This document shows positions 7,531 through 12,614 of a stretch of DNA of 12,614 nt, piece after piece (positions within the stretch are counted from its first letter, which is position 1; every line of letters begins with the position of its first letter). Location of the stretch: assembly GCA_048885925.1 (NCBI GenBank), contig JBHLLG010000080.1:1-12614 (forward strand), written 5' to 3'. The position numbers were made by a program, and so were the translations under genes. Under the pieces are notes generated by a model. It did no database searches and had not been told where the DNA came from. It saw only the letters and a list, made by a program, of their open reading frames with translations. This stretch comes from Candidatus Hermodarchaeota archaeon (GTDB taxonomy: Archaea > Asgardarchaeota > Lokiarchaeia > Sigyniarchaeales > SOKP01).

Positions 7531-8178
7531 ATGTCAAATGGAATAATCGTTATTCAAATAATGTTTATAACCATTGGTATGGTTGCCCTAGGTATGGTTC
7601 TTAATTACATTTTAGGATTAAAAAAGGAGGTTATGAAAGATTTACGGGAAAAAGCACTAAATTTGCAAGAACGCATGAGAAATGCTCAAGCGATTGGTGA
7701 TTTTCAACAGTTGACACAATTACAGCGAGAATCTATTTTGTTTATGAAACAGATGATGAAAAAGCAGTTTGTACCAATGTGTATTCGGTGTATGATATTT
7801 ATTGGTATTTTTATAGTTCTTGGCTTTATTTATTCTGATTATAATAGTGGATTGTTACCATTTCCGTTATTATTTTTTGGCAATGGTTGGGTTGCGATTT
7901 ATATTATTTTTTCAATTAGTTTTTCTTTAATTATATTTGGAGTCCAAAAACTCTATAAAAGAATTACAGGAAAAGAAACAAGAGCACAAAGTTATATGAG
8001 AGATATTATAAAAATAATTTCACCTTCACAACAAGAATCAAGTTCTCCATTCCAAATATCTACTAGAGTTCCTATTAATAGTACACATGGATACAGAGAA
8101 ATTCCTTATTCTAAAGAAGATAAAGAGGAAACTTCAAAAAATAAATCAGATTCATGGAAGGATCGTATTGAAAAATGA
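7531..8178 (+). CDS. EMC3/TMCO1 (DUF106, Oxa1/YidC superfamily) membrane protein
   Basis: TM1, then a cytosolic Met/Gln-rich coiled-coil hairpin (MKDLREKALNLQERMRNAQ...QLQRES..MKQMMKKQFVPM), TM2, LPFP, GWVAIYI TM3: the DUF106 architecture. Confidence 0.75.
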   Translation: MSNGIIVIQIMFITIGMVALGMVLNYILGLKKEVMKDLREKALNLQERMRNAQAIGDFQQLTQLQRESILFMKQMMKKQFVPMCIRCMIFIGIFIVLGFIYSDYNSGLLPFPLLFFGNGWVAIYIIFSISFSLIIFGVQKLYKRITGKETRAQSYMRDIIKIISPSQQESSSPFQISTRVPINSTHGYREIPYSKEDKEETSKNKSDSWKDRIEK

Positions 8179-8211
8179 AATTCAACATTTTAAGTCATTA
8201 AAATTTTACTT

Positions 8212-8517
8212 TTGAGAAAATTTAGTTTAACAATGAGACGAAATATAATTTTAAATCTAGCTTTCCTTGCTCTATTCATCATTTTTTTAATTTTATCAAT
8301 CATGATAGATTTCTTTTTTTTCATTCCAATCATTTGCTTCCTCCCATTCACTTTTAGAACAAAAAAGTTTAACAAAAATAATCTTCATGATCTTACAACT
8401 GAAAATTCTAAATTTAAGAATTTAGGAATAAGATATTGTTCTCATTGTGGCGGTAAAATAACAGAACCAATCGCCAAGTTTTGTTATCACTGCGGAGAAC
8501 ATTTAAATAATGTTTAA
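8212..8517 (+). CDS. Small membrane protein with C-terminal zinc ribbon
   Basis: Hydrophobic N-terminal segment(s) then YCSHCG...AKFCYHCGEHL; start may be TTG 8212 or ATG 8233. Confidence 0.8.
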   Translation: MRKFSLTMRRNIILNLAFLALFIIFLILSIMIDFFFFIPIICFLPFTFRTKKFNKNNLHDLTTENSKFKNLGIRYCSHCGGKITEPIAKFCYHCGEHLNNV

Positions 8518-8530
8518 ATGGTGTTAGAAA

Positions 8531-9016
8531 ATGGTAGAACAAGAACAAAAAGATAATGTTAAAAAACAAATGACTATTTATTTCATATTCGCAGCTTTAA
8601 TGATAGGACTGAATTACATTATTCAAAAGCTTAATCAACTAGTATTTGCCCGATTAATTTGTCAAAATTGGGGAGATTTTAAACTTTTTGAGTTATTTTA
8701 TTGTTCAACTGATCCATTTAATATGCCAGAGTTAATTGGATCTATATTTGCGGTTGGCATTACATACATTATCAAGTTTTTCTTAGATAAATTTATTGTG
8801 TTCAAAAAGAAGGGTAAAGAATTAAGAGAAACCTCGATAGAATTCTTAAAATATTTCGGATTTGCTATCTTAACTACAATTGAAAATATTGGAATCCAAT
8901 TTCTGTTGACAAATTATGTGAATACCCCCTTGGAGATAAGCTTTATAATCGCATTATCAATTGGATATTTAACAAAATTTTTTCTGGATAGGAAATATGT
9001 TTTTAATATTGAATGA
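8531..9016 (+). CDS. GtrA-family small membrane protein (putative lipid-linked sugar flippase)
   Basis: Four hydrophobic segments and an internal two-fold repeat ending KFFLDKFIVF and KFFLDRKYVF, with FLKYF starting the second half; GGTG SD-like site upstream. Confidence 0.75.
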   Translation: MVEQEQKDNVKKQMTIYFIFAALMIGLNYIIQKLNQLVFARLICQNWGDFKLFELFYCSTDPFNMPELIGSIFAVGITYIIKFFLDKFIVFKKKGKELRETSIEFLKYFGFAILTTIENIGIQFLLTNYVNTPLEISFIIALSIGYLTKFFLDRKYVFNIE

Positions 9017-9078
9017 TTTATTATTTACAAAATTAAATCATAATAAAATTTAATAGAACGAATGGTGTTTTTAAGTAT

Positions 9079-10203
9079 ATGTCTGATGAACGTGAATCTC
9101 GTGAAGAAGATGATGATAAATCTATTGTAAATGCATTAAGTCAATTAGGATGGGTCGAGGAAAAAGAAAAAGAGGAGGAAGCTTTAGAGCCAGAAGAAAA
9201 TGTTAAAGAACAACTTAAATACTTTAAGAATGAGAATAAAAGATTAATAGGAGAGATTAGTGAAAAAAATGAAAAACTTCGAGACTTAGAAGAACAAATT
9301 CAAAATTTTGAACTACAAATCCAAAAATTATCTCAAAAAGCAGAAGATAAAGCGAACCAAAATCAAGCAATACAAAAACTTTATGAGACGATTGAAGCTA
9401 AAAATGATGAAATTGAAACTCTTAATTGTCGTCTTGAAGAAGATACAGGAAAATTAAATGAAATTATTAATGAACAAATTGAAAAAATTAAACATTTATC
9501 GAATGAAATTGAACAAATTCAATCTGATCAATCTGAAAGTCAAGATTTACTTAAAAAGTTAGCTGAAAAAGATGCTATAATAAGTGATTTAAAAGAACAG
9601 CTTAGCTATCTTGAGAGTGATTCAATACAAAAATCTAAGTTTGAAAAACTTGAAGTTCTTTTAGAGAAAAAAGATGAAATTATAACTGAAAAAGAAAAAG
9701 AAATTTTTAAAATTGAGAATAATATAAAAGCGGCGAATCAAAAAATTCATGACCTTCAACAACAATTAGAAACCTTTAATTTAGTTAAAAAGGATTTGGA
9801 GAAAAAATCAGAACGAACTAAAGAATTAGCTATACAAATTGAAGAAATGAAACAAAAAAGTATTACTAACCAAGAATTAATTAAACATCTTGAAGAAAAA
9901 TTAGAAGAGGCACATGCGAAATCAGGAAATCTTGCAGGTAAATTTGAATTAGAATTAGCTAATATTCGAAGTATACTTGATGATAAAACTCAAGAAATTA
10001 AAAACTTAAGAAAAGAAATTTCACCACTACGGGAAGAGTTAAAAGAAGTAAAAGAAACAAAAGAAAGGCTATTAAAAGATATTCAGACTGCCAACGATGA
10101 GAAGATAAAAAGAGAATCTGAAATTGAAGAAAAAGATAAAGAAATCATCGAATTGAAGAAAAAGATTAAAATAATGCGTCGAGATTTACAAAAGACAGCA
10201 TGA
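9079..10203 (+). CDS. Long coiled-coil protein of unknown function
   Basis: About 330 aa of E/K/L/I-rich heptad sequence with almost no Pro; short acidic head with ALSQLGW; no Walker motif seen, so not an SMC ATPase. Confidence 0.85.
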   Translation: MSDERESREEDDDKSIVNALSQLGWVEEKEKEEEALEPEENVKEQLKYFKNENKRLIGEISEKNEKLRDLEEQIQNFELQIQKLSQKAEDKANQNQAIQKLYETIEAKNDEIETLNCRLEEDTGKLNEIINEQIEKIKHLSNEIEQIQSDQSESQDLLKKLAEKDAIISDLKEQLSYLESDSIQKSKFEKLEVLLEKKDEIITEKEKEIFKIENNIKAANQKIHDLQQQLETFNLVKKDLEKKSERTKELAIQIEEMKQKSITNQELIKHLEEKLEEAHAKSGNLAGKFELELANIRSILDDKTQEIKNLRKEISPLREELKEVKETKERLLKDIQTANDEKIKRESEIEEKDKEIIELKKKIKIMRRDLQKTA

Positions 10204-10239
10204 ATATCTTTATTAATTAATAATTTAAAATAAATTATT

Positions 10240-10260
10240 AAAAAAAGAGAAAAAATAAAA
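10240..10260 (-). terminator. Oligo-T terminator for the gelsolin gene
   Basis: A-runs on the + strand (AAAAAAAGAGAAAAAATAAAA), i.e. U-runs on the - strand, starting about 17 nt after the stop at 10277. Confidence 0.45.
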
Positions 10261-10276
10261 TATAAAAATTACAATC

Positions 10277-11293
10277 TTACTTTTCGCGCCATTGGCAGCC
10301 ACATTGTCCACATAAATATTTTCGACCATACATTCGTGGGTAGTCGAGAATTATATTCCCTTTATCTACACTTTCGTGGATCATGTGCGGATCATCAATA
10401 CCACATTCGGGGCATTTTCTACGTCCCTCTTGTTTTTCAACCGTTAATATTGATGTATCTGTTTTTCCTGGGATTCCTGGAGCCGCCCCAGAAGCTTTTA
10501 TCTCTGAAATATCTTCCTTTACTTCTTCAGGAGTAACTTCTCTAACCTCTGCTTTAAATTCGGGTTGGATAGCTTTTGCAATTCTATCATCCTCATCTTC
10601 CCCTTCTAATACTGATTCTGCTTTCAATTGCACCGCATCAGATTCTTTATAACCTTCACCTCTCGCTAAAGCTGCTATAAATTCAGCATCATCGCCTTCC
10701 TCAAAAATCGTTTCTTGTTGTAGTCCAGCTCTATCAGCATCAATTGCTCGAGCCCACTGGCCGGCTTTAACTTTTTCAGTAGTAGTACATGCACTTCCCT
10801 GCCAGATATAAACCTTATTTCCTAAATCAGCAACATAGCAATCCTCAGAGTCGAGTGATTCTTTTTTAAAGGGAACTTGAATCATTTTCATGGCATTAAT
10901 GTCTTCGAATTCCTCTGAAGAAACCCTATACAAGACATTTTTCCACTCTGTAAATCCTGCCCAATCTCCAGTTGTGACATCTTTAAGTAACGTTTTCGCA
11001 TAATTTTTTTCAACAATTTTCATTACACCCATTAGACTTATTACTTTAATAAATTCTTTGGATTCTTGACCTTGATCAACAGTAATAATTTTAGCAGCAC
11101 CCCCTCGTTGTTGGTCAAGAGTTCTTGCTTGCGCAGCACCAGCTGTTTTTTCATCGACAGAACACTTATTTCCTATCCATACGTAGATAGTTTTTTCATC
11201 GTCTACAAGATACACATCTCCGGAAGAAAAGACTGGTTTATCGATTTCTTTTAGATTTCCTTTATCAATTAAGTATAGTTTCATTTTCACCAT
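10277..11293 (-). CDS. Two-domain gelsolin/villin-family actin regulator (Asgard 2DGel-like) with acidic linker and C-terminal Zn ribbon
   Basis: Two gelsolin repeats (FSSGDVYLVDDEKTIYVWIGNKCSVDEK...VDQGQESKEF and LDSEDCYVADLGNKVYIWQGSACTTTEK...FEEGDDAEF), interdomain LKDV segment, C-terminal CPECG...CGQCG. Start could be 11296, 11293 or 11284. Confidence 0.9.
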   Translation of the reverse strand: MVKMKLYLIDKGNLKEIDKPVFSSGDVYLVDDEKTIYVWIGNKCSVDEKTAGAAQARTLDQQRGGAAKIITVDQGQESKEFIKVISLMGVMKIVEKNYAKTLLKDVTTGDWAGFTEWKNVLYRVSSEEFEDINAMKMIQVPFKKESLDSEDCYVADLGNKVYIWQGSACTTTEKVKAGQWARAIDADRAGLQQETIFEEGDDAEFIAALARGEGYKESDAVQLKAESVLEGEDEDDRIAKAIQPEFKAEVREVTPEEVKEDISEIKASGAAPGIPGKTDTSILTVEKQEGRRKCPECGIDDPHMIHESVDKGNIILDYPRMYGRKYLCGQCGCQWREK

Positions 11294-11387
11294 CAATTTT
11301 TTTTAATAAAGTTATCATATTATTTTTTGAAAAATATCTTAACAACATTATAAAAATCAAATAATATATATGTATTTTTTTTTTACT

Positions 11388-12614
11388 TCAAAAATCATTA
11401 AGAGCTAAATCAATCCTTTTTACTAATTCTGGTATGTTACTTTGATCTATAGAACAATAGGCAATTCGTATCCCATTAATTTTTTCATCTAATTTTTCAA
11501 TTGGGATTACTCCAACCTTATATTTTTTTAAAAGGTGATCAGCGAATTCTGTTGCTTTAATTTTATTAGGATTCAAATTTACAAATAGAAAAAATCCCCC
11601 AGAATTAGGATCAACTGAGATATTAGGATTATGAATTTTCATTATCTCAGAATTAATACTTCTATACCTTTTTTCAAGTAAACTTTTTACTTTCTCTCTT
11701 GACTGAGTAATATGTTTCATGCCCTTCTCTAGAAACAATTTACGAGTTAACTCTTGGTAAAAACTATTACAGTTAGAAATTGTGGCACGAGTAAAGCCTT
11801 CCATTTTATTATTTATTTCAGTTTTTAATTTTTCTAGTTCTTCTTCATTATTTATCCAAGAAGGTTTTAACCCTAATGTAATAAAACCAATCCTTCCACC
11901 ATAGATCAAGAATTCTTTGGTTATTCCATCTAATTTAATCGGAATTATGTTTTCGTCTAATTGGTGTAAATCATAAAAGATCGACCTTTTTATTGAATCA
12001 GCACCATATACATATGGTTCATAAGCATCATCAACTAGTACTATAAATGGTTTATTATACTTTAGTTGGCTATCTTGGAGTAATCTAACAAGCTCAGAAG
12101 CTTCATTTAACGTAGGAACATATCCAGTAGGGTTATTGGGAAAGTTTAAAAAGATTAATATTTTCTCCTGAATCTTAGCAACTTCATTAATGACTTTTCT
12201 CAATCCTTCAAGATTTATTTCACTATTTGTAAAAAACTCGAATGATTTTATTTTTGCTCCAATAAATTTACCAAGAATATTATCATAATTACCCCATCTC
12301 TTATTTGGAATAATGATTGAATCGTTGGGATTTAAAAACAGTACACAACATTGGAATATGCCGTTTGTAACTCCTGCTGTGATTATGGGGGTTGTAATAT
12401 ATCTTTTTAATCTCAACAATAGTTCAATTTCTTCATTTTCATCATATAGCGATTTACTAATTATCCAATCTTTCCAAACATTTCTTGTTTCTTGTAAACC
12501 GCCAATGGAAGTGTATGGAATAACTTGATTAACATTTAGGTTAAAATAATCCTTAACTTCCTTGAGATAACAAGGCATCCAATTGGAATTTCCTCCATCA
12601 ATAAAATCCTTCTC
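11388..12614 (-). CDS. PLP-dependent aminotransferase class I/II (aspartate aminotransferase-like); 5'-truncated by the window edge
   Basis: WGNY, LNFPNNPTGY, VDDAY, KLDGITKE (PLP lysine), GGRIGF, NSGGFF, GIRIAY; the frame stays open from 12578 to the window end (EKDFIDGGNSNW-MPC). Confidence 0.9.
   Translation of the reverse strand, partial: EKDFIDGGNSNWMPCYLKEVKDYFNLNVNQVIPYTSIGGLQETRNVWKDWIISKSLYDENEEIELLLRLKRYITTPIITAGVTNGIFQCCVLFLNPNDSIIIPNKRWGNYDNILGKFIGAKIKSFEFFTNSEINLEGLRKVINEVAKIQEKILIFLNFPNNPTGYVPTLNEASELVRLLQDSQLKYNKPFIVLVDDAYEPYVYGADSIKRSIFYDLHQLDENIIPIKLDGITKEFLIYGGRIGFITLGLKPSWINNEEELEKLKTEINNKMEGFTRATISNCNSFYQELTRKLFLEKGMKHITQSREKVKSLLEKRYRSINSEIMKIHNPNISVDPNSGGFFLFVNLNPNKIKATEFADHLLKKYKVGVIPIEKLDEKINGIRIAYCSIDQSNIPELVKRIDLALNDF

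Noticed and set aside
9079-10203. SMC/Rad50 or myosin assignment for the coiled-coil protein
   Set aside because: No ATPase head, hinge or zinc hook; similarity would be compositional only.
1054-12528. Short overlapping ORFs (1054-1287, 1679-1918, 2093-2323, 3321-3587, 4052-4237, 4066-4263, 4926-5108, 8190-8375, 10336-10536, 10383-10652, 11066-11254, 12313-12528)
   Set aside because: Antisense or alternate-frame shadows of well-supported genes with no recognisable motifs.
1-12614. CRISPR array, rRNA/tRNA, transposase or integrase
   Set aside because: No regularly spaced repeats, GC-rich structured RNA or mobile-element motifs were seen by eye.

Overview
AT-rich (roughly 30% GC by eye) archaeal-looking window, most consistent with an Asgard archaeon (Lokiarchaeia), based on a two-domain gelsolin, an EMC3/TMCO1-like protein and GGAGG/GAGGTGA Shine-Dalgarno sites. 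In order it holds: a three-gene glycerol-3-phosphate dehydrogenase-type cluster (FAD oxidoreductase with BFD [2Fe-2S] domain, NAD(P)/FAD oxidoreductase, DUF1667 protein), a small Zn-ribbon gene, an orphan dppBC-type permease pair, a radical SAM gene, an EMC3/TMCO1 (DUF106) protein, a membrane Zn-ribbon protein, a GtrA-family protein, a long coiled-coil protein, a gelsolin fused to a Zn-ribbon and a class I/II aminotransferase. The main observation is in the small Zn-ribbon gene (3337-3711). It is interrupted inside its last CxxC by a 30-nt, stop-codon-rich insert that folds into a relaxed bulge-helix-bulge. The predicted splicing-endonuclease cut sites restore the frame exactly (YVC-K-QCGYEY*), making this a candidate tRNA-type intron in an Asgard mRNA. 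The radical SAM gene also appears to need a non-canonical (ATT) start codon. All calls come from reading the sequence; no database searches were run.
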